Program-made: the position numbers and the translations under genes
Part shown: positions 1 through 14,920 of the stretch, one piece after another
Numbering within the stretch: the stretch's first letter is position 1
How the letters are laid out: each line of letters begins with the position of its first letter
Assembly (NCBI RefSeq): GCF_006345805.1
Contig: NC_043010.1
Location: 1,488,001-1,552,000 of the forward strand
Direction of reading: 5' to 3'
DNA length: 64,000 nucleotides
Source of the DNA: Octopus sinensis
Taxonomy: Eukaryota
The notes under the pieces: model-generated
The model's input: the letters and a program-made list of their open reading frames with translations, nothing else
Told to the model about the DNA's origin: nothing
Databases searched by the model: none

Positions 1-109
1 CGAATCTTGTACAATTGCCCAAAATCCAAGAAAAAATAAAACAAAGAAAATAAAAAGAATTAAAGAAAAAGCCAAAATGCTATAATTTCATGAAATGTCA
101 ATGACAAGA

Positions 110-145
<36 letters not shown>

Positions 146-1568
146 GAGGTGGTGGTGATGATGGGGAAGATGATGATGATGATGATGGTGGTAGTGGTAA
201 TGACCCGTCATCGTCAACTTCCTCCTCCTCCATCATCCTCATCACGATAGTGTTTTCACTTAATGTACACTGCCTCCCTGCCGACTCGACAAGTTTTCAA
301 GATGTCTGTCGTTCCCTTAACAAATTGTCTTACCACTGTTTTCCTGCCAACTCTGTTAATGATGAGGAACCATCAAATTGAAATATCAGATATCAAACTT
401 GAACAGCAGCAACAACAACAACATCAACAACAAACAACGGTTTCATGTTCCTACTGTACGACTGATATCAGGTTGTTAAAATAAATATTATTAAATCCTC
501 AAAGCATGTTAATAAATGTCACTGGTTTATATAAACGTATTGTTTGCTCTGAGAGATTTGTTTGTGTTTACATCGTTATCATATTGTAGTCGTTGTTGTA
601 GTTGCTGTTGCTACTGCTACTGCTGCTGCTAATGCTGCTGCTAATGCTGCTGCTGTTGCGATTATTATTGCGAATTGGCAGATTCGTAGGTACGCCGAGG
701 AATATACTTAGCTGCTTTTTGTCAGACTCTACGTTCTCAGTTCAAATGCCTCCGAGGTCGGATTTTTCTTTCATCCTTTAGAAGTAGATAAAATAGTACC
801 AGCTGAATACTAGGGTCGATGTAATCGACTTAACCCCTCTCCCGAAATTGCCGGCCATGTGCCAAAATTTGAAATCATTATTATTTATGTTATTACTATG
901 TGTAGTATTATCATTATTGCCATTTATGGCAGCGAGTTGGCAGAATCGTTAGCACAGCAGACAAAAAGATTCTGGTGTAGGATGGAGGCTTTAGGATTTC
1001 TTTCTGAGCGGTACCCATGCTTCGGCTTCATCTGGCATTAAGGTTGCATTCTGTGTTTTTTTTGTTTTTCATTTATTTCGTTTTTGTCCCTTGTCCGTCT
1101 ACAAGCAGTCTCATCTTGAATTACATTTATGCATTTTCCTATGCTCACTTCGGTATTGCTCGTTATCCATGTATTGTTTGTCTGTTCTCGGTCCATATTG
1201 CCTGCAACTCTTGCAAGTGCCTCCAACTGGTAATCAAAATTATCGTTAAAGGCACGAAATTGCGTCAGCACCGTCTGGTGGGTAACTGATGGGGAACTGG
1301 GGACCTTCTATGTCTGTTTTCCGTTCGTCTATGCATTTAATATATGATTTTTAACTTGCAATTCTGCGTCTGCTTAACGTTTGTTAATTTACTATACTTT
1401 TTTAATAAATGTGGGTGAATTCGGTGCGTACAGAGTCATGAAAGCATTGATGTCGTGTTCATTTACCCTTGGTTCGGCCAATCTTTTTTCCAGTCATTGG
1501 TTTAGGTTTAGTCGCTTTAAATGGAGCATATATTATTATAAATAATATAATATATATATATATATATT

Positions 1569-1600
<32 letters not shown>

Positions 1601-2326
1601 CATATATATATACACATATATACACATATAGTTATATTTATATATCCACATATATGTGAGTGTATCTATGTGTGTACCTATATATACATCTCTATGCGTG
1701 TGTTTGTTCTCCCACTACTTGACAACCGGTGCTCTGTTTTTACGTTTTCTTAATTAGCGGTTTTGCAAACATGTTTGTGAGAATAAGTCCCAGATTTAAA
1801 GGTATAGGAACTGGGTTCGATTTGCTCGACTGAGCTCTTAAATGCGGTGCCCCAACATGTCCACAATCGAAACCAGTAACTGAAATCAGTAAAAAAAAAA
1901 GGAGAATACTCTTTATCTATCTTTTCTTTTTTCCTTCTCTTTTTTGTTTGGCATGAATTAGTTACCAGTTTACCGACTCACACAAATTCGTAGCCATTGC
2001 CATAGAAATGCTTTCATCATATTCTTAATACTTCTTCCTCTGCTTCTCTTTTCCAACATATCAAGTGGTGTAGAGAAGTACTGACATGTTTTAACGTATA
2101 TGGCTTCTATCTTGTGCTTCATTTCGACCAACGATGTTCATCGTCAATCCAGACAACTATTTCAGGAAAATTTTGCATTAAGTCTATAAACAAGGGAACA
2201 GTTGGGGCTGTTTTCTTCGTCCTTCTTCGCCGTTTTGGGAAGGAAGATTACAATTAAATATACGTATGTATGTATGTATGTATGTATGTATGTATGTATG
2301 TATGTATGTATGTATGTATATATTTA

Positions 2327-2392
<66 letters not shown>

Positions 2393-2539
2393 CCTGCTCG
2401 CTTAGCCAGCGGGTTAGCGTCATTTGAAGGCTAAAACAATGCGACGCGCATTGTGACCAGCGATGTATAGCAACATCTGATAGCCTGGTCGGTCACGGTG
2501 ATCATGGTGATATATACATACATATATATATATATATAT

Positions 2540-2936
2540 ACTCTTTTTTACTCTTTTAGTCTCTTTTACGTGATTCAGTCATTTGACTGCGGCCATGCTG
2601 GAGCACCGCCTTTAGTCGAAGTAATCGACCCCAGCACTTATTCTTTGTTAGCCTAGTACTTGTTCTATCGGTCTATTTTGCCGAACCGCTAAGTTACGGG
2701 GATGTAAACACACCAGCATCGATTGTCAAGCGATGTTGGGGGGGGGGGACAAACACGAAACACACAAATAAAAACACATATATATACATATATACGACTG
2801 GCTTCTTTCAGTTTCCGTCTACCAAATCCACTCACAAGGCTTTGGTCGGCCAGAGGCTATATAGTAGAATACACTGCCAAGGTGCCACGCAGTGGGACTG
2901 AACCCGGAACCATGTGGTTCGTAAGCAAGCTACTTA

Positions 2937-2939
<3 letters not shown>
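2540..2939 (-). mobile_element. SINE family A, near-complete copy
   Basis: Reverse-complement match to 19544-19942. Confidence 0.85.
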
Positions 2940-2990
<51 letters not shown>

Positions 2991-3500
2991 ATATACATAT
3001 ATATATATATACACATATATATATTTATGCATATTATTATTTTACTTGGATACACATTAGCGATTCGCTAAATCATCCAAAGATTTCTACGGCATGGACA
3101 TATATGCTGGGAGCGATCCTCGTCCGGGAAGAGCAGAATCGGGCCGTTCCTACCGAAGAGGCTACGGAAAAGGCCGAAACCAACCGATCAATTTGGAAAT
3201 ACCTCAACCGCTGATTTTCGGCCGAATACTGCCCTGTCAGCATGTATGTATGCAGTTATGTGCTTTGGCTGCAACGTTAGAGCGTTTAGCTCTTATTTCT
3301 AGCAATGTAGGTATTCCTAACACTCCCAGTCATGTTTAATGACAGTTATGGTTTTTCTTTTGGTACACATTTGCTCACGGCTCCCGAAATCTATTACACA
3401 CACACACATATATATACATGAGCGCCTAATAATAATACTTCAATTGTTCCACCTCCTTGTGTTGTTGTTTGGATTAACCTTATATATATGTATATGTATG

Positions 3501-3575
<75 letters not shown>

Positions 3576-3631
3576 TATATACATATACATATATATAATA
3601 TATACATATACATATATATATACATATACGT

Positions 3632-3666
<35 letters not shown>

Positions 3667-4670
3667 GTAGGTATATGTTTATGTGTATGTATCTTTGTGT
3701 CTATGTTTGTCCTCCACTACCACTTGACAATCGGTGTTGGTGTGGTTATATCCCCATAACCATTCGGGATTCGCCAAAAGAAATAGAATAAGTACAAGGC
3801 TTAAAAAATGTCCTGGGGTCGATTTGTTCGACTATAACTCTTGAAGGCAGTGCCCCATCTCGGCCGCAGTCAAATGGTTGAAGCAATATAAAAGAAATAA
3901 AGCACAGGCATGGCTATTAGATGCAAGCGTGGATGTGTAGTTACGAAGCTCTCTTTTTGTAACCAGGTAGTTTCAAGTTCAACCCCATTGTAGTATACTT
4001 GACCTTGCGGCTTGTGCTCTAGTCCCGGGCCAATCGATGTCATATAATTGAATTTGGTAGACGGAAACTCCGTGGCCGCCCGTCGTTTGTGTGTGTGTGT
4101 GTGTGTCTTTGCGTTTAAGTTGCTCCCTCATCATCGCTTGACGACCGGTGATCGTTTGTTTACGTCGCCGTATTTAAACAGTTCAGCAATAGACTCTAGC
4201 AGAATAAGCATCAGTATTAAAATTTTTTAATATGTACTGGGATCGATTTGTTTTAATAAAACCCATCAAAGTGATGCCCCAGCATGACCGCAGTCCAATG
4301 ACAGTAACAACTAATGGATAAAAGATAAGACAATAAAGAATCGTATTCGTTTCCAAGTGTACCCTCTTGGTATAATTTTGGTTATCTTCAATGCCTGACA
4401 CGGGTAGTTTTCACATCATGTTAAACTCTTATTTTCATTTCATTTCATCTAGTTTCAGCTCACGAGCTGTGGCCATGCTGGGGCAATTTGGTATAAATAG
4501 AGGCACAAGGAGGTAGATATATACTGTTGAATATCAACATTTCCAGATGTACAATATTAGATTCTCATTTGCATCTATGAAACTTTGAGTAATGTGGATC
4601 TCAGTCAACCTGTTATTAAATATTCACATAATACTTGTGTTATGATCTTATATTTGTTCAACTCTCTCTC

Positions 4671-4760
<90 letters not shown>

Positions 4761-4981
4761 GAGTGAGAGAGAGCAGTTCATACCATTAAAGTGACACTGG
4801 AGTAAAATATATGAAGCCCAGTACCCCCATCATGACTACCCGTCTGATAAGGGTACACCAGGCACATGCATCACAACCATATGTGCGCGACATGGTGATC
4901 TCATATCAAGATAAACAGCACATGACCTTGCAGGTGGGGCCCAGTTAGAATTTTCTTCAGGTTGAGTAGCCCATCCCGCTC
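4761..4981 (-). mobile_element. Unclassified (AAT)n-tailed interspersed repeat, short copy
   Basis: Highly similar by eye to 56725-56941; both ends abut (TTA)n. Confidence 0.7.
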
Positions 4982-5020
<39 letters not shown>

Positions 5021-5022
<2 letters not shown>

Positions 5023-5179
5023 TATGTTTGACTTTTGCTTTATATTTGTACAAGTTGGCTCCAAGTCTCACCCAGAGACCTCAAGAGACAACAGGGTTGG
5101 AAGTTCATGTTGTTGTTATGCCTAGTGTGCCATATATTTGGGGGGTGGGGATGTTGTACTAATGAATGTCTAAAAAAAA

Positions 5180-5214
<35 letters not shown>

Positions 5215-8200
5215 CGAAAATTATGGTTGTTTTAAACCTTGAGGTTACATAGAGAGTATTTTGCGTAGGATATGAGCAGTTCCCATGAGCACTATCTTTT
5301 GAACTTCTGCCATTTTGGGGTTTCCTGGTATCTGAGTTAGGTAGCTATCAGCCCCTTTTGCTATCATTCCCAGGGCACCTATGACAACAGGTATTGTTTT
5401 AGTCTTCAGCTTCCACATTTTGCTGATTTCTATTTCAAGATCTTTATATTTGCTCAGTTTTTGGTAGGTCCTGACAGATACGTTTATATCGATGGGACAG
5501 TCATATCAATGAGGAGGCATGTTCTTTGTTTGAAGTCTTTCAATAGATGTCTGGCCTATTTGCATCTATCTTCCTGTCAGTTTGAATGGTGAAGTTCCAG
5601 AGGAGTGAGAGATGTGGTCATTTTCAAGCACTGGGGGTGGTTTGTGTTCCCACCAGTTTTTCTCATGGGGCAACTCCAGGTTTTTACAGATTACCCAGTG
5701 AATATATTGTGCAGCTCTATCGTGCCTGTTGAGATACTCTGTAGGCGCTAGAAGACTGCACTTGGAGACCACATGGTCAATGGTTTCATTTTGTTGCTTG
5801 CATACACGACACGTTGGACTGCTTCTGATCTTAATATGTTGGCCTGGTAGTTTCTTGTTGGTAGGCATTGATCTTGAGCTGCTATGATAAACCCCTCTGT
5901 TTCAGATTTTAAGCCAGAGGCCATTAGCCATTGATGGGTCAGGGCTTTGTCGATATCTGCATTATTCGCTCTCTTTGGGTATTTGCCGTGTAGAGAGGTT
6001 TTTCTTGCCATTTATTATTCAGAATATCTAAGGCCGCAGTTTTGGTACGGGTTTTCATGCGCCTAGCTTTTTCTGTGCTTGTTCTTGTATGTCTATCTCT
6101 AATTCCGAAATTGGTTGTATTCGGAATTCACTTAGATATTCCTTTGCCTGTTTTGTTACTGAGTATGATGCTTTCTTGTTTTCATGTTTTGAGACAAGTT
6201 TTAACATCCAGTCCTCAGAGTTTTTCAGGTAGGTGTCTAGGCCAATTGTAGCAATCTTCATTGTTATTGCCAGTTGCAAAAGACCACGGCCTCCCTCTTT
6301 TCTTGGCAGATAGAGTCGTTCTGTATCTGCCTTAGGGTGGTGCATTCTATGCATTGTCAACAGTTTCCTTATTTTTCTGTCGAGCTGACATATTTCAGTA
6401 ATTGACCAGTTAACAATATTGAAACTGTAAGTCACGACTGGTATAGCTAATGCATTGATTGCTTCGATCCTGTTTCTTGCATTCAGCTCTGTCTGAGTAT
6501 TGCTCTCACTCTTCGATAGCATTCTCTCCTGATCCTTTCCTTCATCTCTGAATGCCTTATTCCGTTCCCTTCAATTACCCCTAGGTACTTGTAGCTCTCC
6601 GCTGGGTCTAGTTCTTTTATGACATTCTGTTGGTCAAGGTTAACGTTAGATGTTTCTGTCATTTTTCCTTTGATAAAGGTAGCCTTTGCACATTTATCGT
6701 GGCCGAATTGCATTCTGATGTCGTCACTGAATTGTTTGACTATCGCTAGTAAGCCCTTGAGTTGTTGATCATTTTTTGCAAAAAGCTTAAATCATCCATG
6801 TAAACGAGATGATTTATATTTTTATCAAACATTTTATACCCGTACTGCGCGTCATTGAGCAACTTTGAGAGAGGTATTAAGGATAAACAAAAGAGGAGTG
6901 GTGACAGTGAGTCACCCTGGAAAATGCCACACGAAATTTTTACATCACCAGCATTTAGGGATTCACTGTCACTGTTCAGAGTTAGTGTGGTTCTCCATGA
7001 TCTCATACTTACAGTCAAGAAGTTTTGCAGAGTTGGTGCTATCTTATACATTTCAAGGCATTTCCTAATCCAGCTATGTGGTAGGCTATCAAAAGCTTTT
7101 TATAGTCTATCCAGGCTATTGATAAGTTTTTGTGTCGTTTGTGACAATCTTCTAAGATCATCTTATTGATGAGTAGTTGGTCTTTACAGCCGTAGGATCC
7201 ACGTTTACATCCTTTCTGTTCATTAGGGAATATGCTGCTGTCTGTTAAAAAACTATAGGTATATTCCGTCAGGACAGATGTTAGAGTTTTGTACATAGTT
7301 GTTAAGCAGGTTATGGGTCTATAGTTTTTTGGTTCATTTGTTTCTTCACTTTTGGAAGCAGGAATGTTAACCATTAACTAGCCAAGGAGGCATCCTACTA
7401 GGGTGTTGCAGAACATCATTGTACAGTTCTGTTAGCAGTTCATGCTCTCTGGAAGGCATTCAGCCAGAAGTTAGGAATTTTATCCTTTCCTGGAGACTTC
7501 CATTTGCTTGACCTCCTGAGAGCAGATCTTATATCTTCTACCTTGACACCCCCCACTTTTGCTCTTCTAAGGGGTCCAGTTCTGTAGATATTCTGTCAAT
7601 CCAGGGGGCCTTTTCGTTGGTGTTTTTTCTTCTGCCCAGATTTTATTCCAAAATCTCTGCACTTCTTTTGATGGTACAGACCCTGCAGTAAACGCTGTTT
7701 TTCCTATCTTCCTGTAAAAATTCTTGGTGTTTTTTTGAACATGTTGTTGTCCTTGAAAAATCTAACACGCTTTTCATACCTCGCTATGCGGGTAGCTTTG
7801 GCAGATACCTTTTGTTTGATGGTTTCTATGGTGGCATCAATATCAAGTATAGTTTTCATATTGTATTTTTCAGTAATTTTTGGGTTTTTGTAGGTTTGGT
7901 AGTCTTGTGAGCCTTAAGGTTTTTCAAATATTCAATGTCAGATCTAAATACTTTAATTTGTTGTTGCAGACGCTCTTGCCAAGAAGGTTTTGTGGGACTG
8001 TTGCCGTTTTCTAATCTTTACACCACATAGGATCGTTGAGATTTTCGCGGATGCATAGTATAGGTGTTGAGGTTTGTGATATCAACATCATTAACTGAAA
8101 TTATATCCTTAAGTGCAAGCCGGATTTTACCAATTATTTTCATGTTTTGGTTAGAGTTGCGGATTTTAGGAAGTGTATCACGCTCATCCATGCTGGTTTC

Positions 8201-9163
8201 TTTAATTTTCAGCCATTCAATCATGATTTGATTTTTTAGCTCATGTAGTTCTGTTGGTCAATATTTGTGTGACTTTCTTTATCTATTTGATGCTCATCTG
8301 TCTTAGTGTTTATGATTGGTTCAGGGCGTATTTCACTTTGCCTATCACTTATACTAACTCTTTCAATCCTCTCTTCGTTTTTATCCGCCCTGGGCTGGTC
8401 TATAATCATTTCCTCTGTATTATCTTCTCTAGCTGCAGCTTCGTTCATTTTATCCGATATTGCTTGTCTAACCTGATCAATCTCACTTCAGTCAGTAATT
8501 TCTTTTTTATAATGTTTCTTTAACATTGGCAAGCTTGTTACTGTCTATGTAGGGTCTTACTTCAGGGTGTTTCTGTCTCCAGTTTAAGTATGCTTGTACA
8601 GTGCTAGACTTATCTGTGGGGAAATATATGGCATGGTAGAAGGCCTCGAGAACTTCTTTATTATCTTCCCTAGACCATTTTTCTTCTTTTTCTTTTGATT
8701 TTGGTGATGAGCATGGATGGCCATCTGTTGGAATATTCCGGTTGTGGGGTTCGTCAGCTCCTGTGTGTTGGGAAGATTTGATCCAGTAACTGATTTTTCA
8801 ATCAGGATTTGGTTCAATTTTCGGGTACGTGGTCTTTTGTAATCCGCGCAATGACCAATGCGGTTTATTGTTTGATTTGTTGACCTTGAAGCATGACGAG
8901 CATCCATTCTTATATAGGAGATGGATCTGTCAGTTTAGGGTTCACTACATGTAAGCATTGCTCATAGCGCCGCTTCTTAAGACTAGCAGATCTATATTCG
9001 TCTGTATTTTTTTTGTTGATAGTTTTATCTCCGGACATTTTTTTTTTCCTCCTTTCCTTCTCCTTTCTTCAAGGCTTACTGTGTCTGTATTAGTTCGAAA
9101 TAATGAGAATAAAATACGGAGAGGAAGGAACGAAAAGAAAGGGAAAAAGACGGGATCTGTCAG
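5021..9163 (-). mobile_element. Full-length R4/Dong-clade non-LTR retrotransposon (restriction-like endonuclease type), about 4.1 kb, between (TAA)n tracts
   Basis: Myb-like WSREDNKEVLEAFY; RT motifs NYRPITCL, GIFQGDSLSPLLF, YMDDL, YKYLG; RLYLPRKEGGRGL; CCHC knuckle CRVCKQQNETIDHVVSKC; endonuclease RPDI...LIDMTVP...KYKDL. 3' UTR runs into (AAT)n and (TAA)n abuts the 5' end. Confidence 0.9.
5245..8907 (-). pseudogene. Disrupted single ORF (Myb-RT-CCHC-RLE) of the Dong-like element
   Basis: Domain order is continuous but split across many ORF-track fragments by frameshifts; stop TAA at 5247-5245 after LRKILSM. Confidence 0.88.
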
Positions 9164-9169
9164 TTATTA

Positions 9170-9221
<52 letters not shown>

Positions 9222-9226
<5 letters not shown>

Positions 9227-9304
9227 TCACTGCCTGGAATTGAACTTGGAATCGTGGGGTTAGTAGCCCCCGCTTTTAGCCACTACACCATATGCCCATG
9301 GGCA
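9222..9304 (-). mobile_element. tRNA-like SINE head with (AAT)n tail, same family as the head at 39296
   Basis: Reverse complement TGCCCATGGGCATATGGTGTAGTGGCTAAAAGCG...TTCAATTCCAGGCAGTGACC aligns with 39296-39375. Confidence 0.72.
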
Positions 9305-9640
9305 TATCAATGTTTTTTGGTTTTTTTTTACTCTACTCTTGTGCTGCTCCACGTTCTTGACTTCCGCTCGCCACTCTTCGCTTATTCCCATTATTTATTG
9401 CAGTAAGGTTTCTGACATTGTTTTATTCTTCCCTGAGATGCAAGCATGGCTGTCTTGTGTAGGAGTTCTCTTTGCAAGCGCGTGATTTCGGGTTCAGTCC
9501 CAGGGTGCTACACCTTAGGCAAATGTCTTCTGTTCTAACCCCGGGCCGACAAATATCTTGCGAGAGATTTTCATAGCTGGAAACTGTGTGGAAGCATGTC
9601 GTACACACACACACACACACACATATATAAATATATATGC

Positions 9641-9680
<40 letters not shown>

Positions 9681-11555
9681 TGGTATGTGTGTGTATGTGT
9701 GGATATTTGTCCGCACCACCACTTAACAACCGGTATTGGTTCTTTTACGTTCTGTAGCATCACAGTTCGGCAAAAGACTCCGATAAAGTAAATACCAGAC
9801 TTAAACATAAAAAAGGACTGGGGACCATTTGTTCGACTAAAATACCTTCAAGAAAGTACTGCAGCATGGCCGCAGACCAATTACTTAAACAGGTAAAAGA
9901 TAAAGGCTACAACAGCCTAGAACTGTAATAACTTAAGAAAGCCACATCAGGTACCTGAGAGCCGTCATCCTTTGATGACAGCAATCACTTAACATTCATT
10001 TTGAGTAAACAAGGAATTGTTTCATATTTCTCAAATTTTACTGATATTTTTAGCATCGTGCTTCATCAAATAATAACTCCTCGTGTATACTTGAATCTTT
10101 GAAAATTTTAATTTCAATATGGCTTCTTATCTTATCTATAATTTGCATTAAAAATTTTATTTTCGGATATCTTAAATTACACTTTATTCTATTACAATCT
10201 CCATGGCAGCTGCGTTGTTCTCTAAATATGTTAGTGTAAAACAAAATTCAAGGAACTAAGTTGATGGTCTCTGTGATGGTTAACATTAACAATACAAAGA
10301 GTTCAGAAAGCTTCGGTTTCAGTCCCACTACGCAGTACCTTGGCAAACTATATTCTACTACATAATAAAGCCAACAAATGCCATACGAGTGAATTTAGAA
10401 GGTGGAAATTGTGTGGATGCCCGCCGTGTATACACACATACATATATTTATAGTCCGATGATGGTTTAAGAGGCTGAAACTTCGAAGCCACTGTTAATAC
10501 TATTCTTGTTAAAGAATATAACCAAAATTTGAAGATAACCAAAATTTGTATTCTACAATTGTAGTGAGAAATCCCTCAATTTAACGTAACATTGTCTTTA
10601 TTTTAACACGAAAACAAACATTAATATGTGTGTGTGTGTGTGTGTGTGTGTGTTTATATATATATACACACTTGACGGTTTGACGATTTGCAAAGCAGAA
10701 TTCTTTAAGACTGTAAAAAATATACTGGGGTCGCTTTCTTCTAAACCCTAAAGACGGTGCCTCTAGAACTGATAGAAATGAAAATGTATCTATCAACATG
10801 TAGACTTTGTTCTCAAGAGTCCCTTTTCCAGTGCTTCACACTTGCCCGTAATTTGGGCAAATGCTTCTGAAGACAAGGAAATAAAACATAATTTTGCATT
10901 CAGCACTGAATATTTTACACGGAAATAAGAAGCTGAATATGTGACACATTTACCAACGGATTTTTTGGCTGCTTTAATTATTCACTTTCTGATATGTTTC
11001 AAATATTATTGCTTATATATTGTCACGCTTTTATATTGTTCCCTTTATTGTAAATCGTTTCAGCAGTCGGAAACGCGAAGCTGAAATTTGCAACTCAAGA
11101 TGTTTCAAGATCTTATAAAGGATGTACACTTAATTTTATATATTGTGCTCTTTTACAAACAAAAATAAGCTCAGTATATCCAGATGGTTAAAAAGTTCGC
11201 TTCACAATCATCATGTCCCAGTTTCAGTTCTGTAGCGTTGCATCTTGGGAAAAATGTGATTTTTGTATAGCCCCGAGTCGACACATACACTACGAGTGAA
11301 ACTGGGTACACGGAATCTGTGTAGAAGCTCTTCGGGTAAAGTGAATCTGTTATTCTTAGTTTGGCGTCCTATGTTACTGTTTCTGTCTGAGAATTACGTT
11401 AAGGAAACTCGTGACTGTGGGATACTCAGACACTTAGAAACTAATTCAAGAGCAGCTTATTAGGTTTATCAAACAACTCCATCCTCATTCTTGAAAAAAA
11501 CCAAGATCCACCTCTACAACAAACAAAAATTTCTCATATCTGTGTGTGTGTTTGT

Positions 11556-11589
<34 letters not shown>

Positions 11590-11650
11590 AGAAAATACGT
11601 GTGAGAAAGAGTGTGAGAGAGAAAGAGAGGAAGTGTGTGTGTTTGTATAT

Positions 11651-11684
<34 letters not shown>

Positions 11685-12125
11685 TGGAGTGTGTGTGTGT
11701 ATGTGACTGTACCTACACATATAGTTTGTATTGAGTTCGGTCAGTAATTTACATAATATAATATTTTCTATTATGTTTCTGGGATTTTCATCGAGTTATT
11801 TTGTATTTTTGTTTCGATCTTGTTTGCAGCTGCAGAGATATTTGATAAGAAATGGTTTCATAGAGATTTTCCATCTGTCTCAAATGTTTCGTTTTCATAC
11901 GCTGGCGGCTAGATATATGTGGAAACTGCAGAGAAACTAATTACAAGATACACAAACACACATACACACACACCTCTCTCTCTACACACACACACACACG
12001 CATGCACACACGCGTACACACACACGCAGCACTTCTCCCGTACAAACGCAACACATACATATAATATGAATATGTATATATTTACATACATGCATATATC
12101 TACACACACACATCAATCTCTCTGT

Positions 12126-12192
<67 letters not shown>

Positions 12193-12208
12193 TCTATCGA
12201 TCTATTTG

Positions 12209-12279
<71 letters not shown>

Positions 12280-12317
12280 GTCTATCTATCTCTATATATG
12301 TATTCACACATATATAC

Positions 12318-12371
<54 letters not shown>

Positions 12372-12430
12372 GTACATATATGTGTGTATATATGTGTGTG
12401 TATATACATACACACATATATATATATACA

Positions 12431-12473
<43 letters not shown>

Positions 12474-14845
12474 ATATATGTGTGTATATATATATGTTTG
12501 TATGTTTGTGTGTGCGTGTGTTCATGTGTGTGTGCTTGTTTGTGTGAGTGTGTGTATGAATGTATATTTGCCTATCTGTAGCCACGCGCGTGTGTGTGTG
12601 TATGGCCTCACACGTCTCCTTAACAGAATGACACACTGTTATTCTAGTCATGCTCCGTGACATATGCAAACATATCTACTGTCCTTGTTGAAGTTTGTCA
12701 AAATAGCAGATAATACTTTGATCAAGTACCAGAACGTAGGGTTAGTCAGCGATTCTATTTGGTATATCTGCACTTATAAGGGGAGACAGTCTAAAATTGT
12801 GGGGTTGTATGAATGATGCAGTCGTTGTTCTCTTCTCCTTCTCGCTGTTTATCCCTGATTTTCCGATCCGCAATTATAAGGGGAGCAGCACAAAAGTTCG
12901 GGTTGTATGAATGTTTCTATTGTTCTTTATCTTGGTTAACCCCGATCTCCCAGATCAAAACGCTCCTCCCGTAGCAATAAAATGTTTTCCTCGTTTTACT
13001 CAATAGTACATCTAGGACTTCATTATTTAATGCAGCACAAGTCGGCGAGCAGAACCGTTAGCACGCCGGATAAAATGCTTAGCGGCATTTCGTCCGTCTT
13101 TACTCTCTGAGTTCACATTCCGTCGAGGTCGATTATACTTTTCATCCTTTCGGGGTCGATAAAATAGGTGCCAATTGAGCATAGGGGTCGATATAATCGA
13201 CTTATGCCACCTTCCGTAATAACTGGCATTGCATCAAAATTTGAAACCATTATTAAATGCTGCATTCATTTCATTTTGAGACAGTAAGATATGATTTCGG
13301 GAAAGTTTGGCTGCTATTTCTCGCAGATTATGCGATCAAATAGATGCCCCATTTTTGATGTACAATAATTTTCCATAAGTAAATTAACCTCACACTCTTG
13401 TAGCCTGTATTGTGTAGGTTCTATATTTCGTACATTTGAAATAATCCAATGCATTGAATATGCTGGATAAAATAATGTTATTCAGAAGAGACAGCATAAG
13501 ATATAATACAAAATATATTTGCTAAACCACTTTGGGAGCAAAATGCTGGGCACATTACCCAAATGTCCATGGATCGAAACAACATTCTGCGAAGAAATAT
13601 ATACCATTTTTTAATATTTATACAGCACAAGTGTGTTGGCTACAAATACACAAACTATGAATATATACATGTATATATGCATATATACCTACGCTGGCTG
13701 GTGCAAATAATATTATTCGATAGGAACTCATACAAGATCAAGGGAATCACCAATTGAGTGGTGTAGACCAAAAGCCTAGTAGCGTAGTGAACAAGGGTGA
13801 CAATTATAACAAGACTTTTCGCTTAATATACCGGATAGTTGTGCTCCTGCTTGGTTTGACATTTGAAATCAAATTGTGAGCATATCTGAGTCATAAATAT
13901 TAAATTTGGTTCCACCAAAGAACCCAGTACTTACAAGTCGACATTTTCTGTGATGATCGTAAACTGTGTGTTCCTTGTTTCCCGACATGGTCGCTGCTTA
14001 TGTGTAGATTGCATACAGTTGAGAGAAGCGAATGAGAACTCAATCAATATAGGCGATAAGATCAGAAATATTACGCTTAACTCTTCGCCCGTCATCCATG
14101 CATCGAATATGATGCGTATTCCCTGCATTTTTCAATCACCAAAGTAAATTGGGACATATAAAATCTTTTATATTATTCAGAATGTATTAAACAAGCTAAA
14201 TGTCTCAAATAAGCACGGAGCTTTAGAACAAACTTATGGAAATGATTTGGACAGGCAAAGAGTTAAGTCAATGCATTTAGAACTACAGCTAAATTTAACG
14301 GAATTGATTTCAACTTCAGTTTCCTGTTAGGCGAGATGGTTAAAATATTTGGCATTTTTTCACAGAAACATCATTCTCTAACCAATACTTACTCGAAATA
14401 TGAAAAAAAAAATCCATATTAAATCGACTGGGAAATTGAATAAGTTCTATAGCACAGCTCGAATTTTAATCCTACCAAAATCATGATCTAGAAATAGGAG
14501 ATAATTAAAGATTTTCAGAAGGAATTTTTTTAAAGTAGAAAATGTTCAGCCTTTATAAACGTTTGAAAATTTCGCCATTTTAATTTAACGTATAAAACAA
14601 GACGACCATCTTGCATACTTCATATACATATAGAAATAACAACAAAATGAAAAAAACAACAACAGTTGCAGCAAGTGCGACAAAAAACATTTTGATATAA
14701 TATAAGTAAAGTCTTCAAACTGATCTGCCTACAAGAAGGCGGTCTGTTTCGTTATGTTTATTTAAAAACTCTTTTTGGACATTTTATAATGCGTAAGTGT
14801 ATATACATACTGTTGCATATGCATACATGCATCTATATATGTATG

Positions 14846-14920
<75 letters not shown>

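Noticed and set aside
1038-1271. 77-aa non-repetitive ORF
   Set aside because: No recognisable domain or convincing splice sites.
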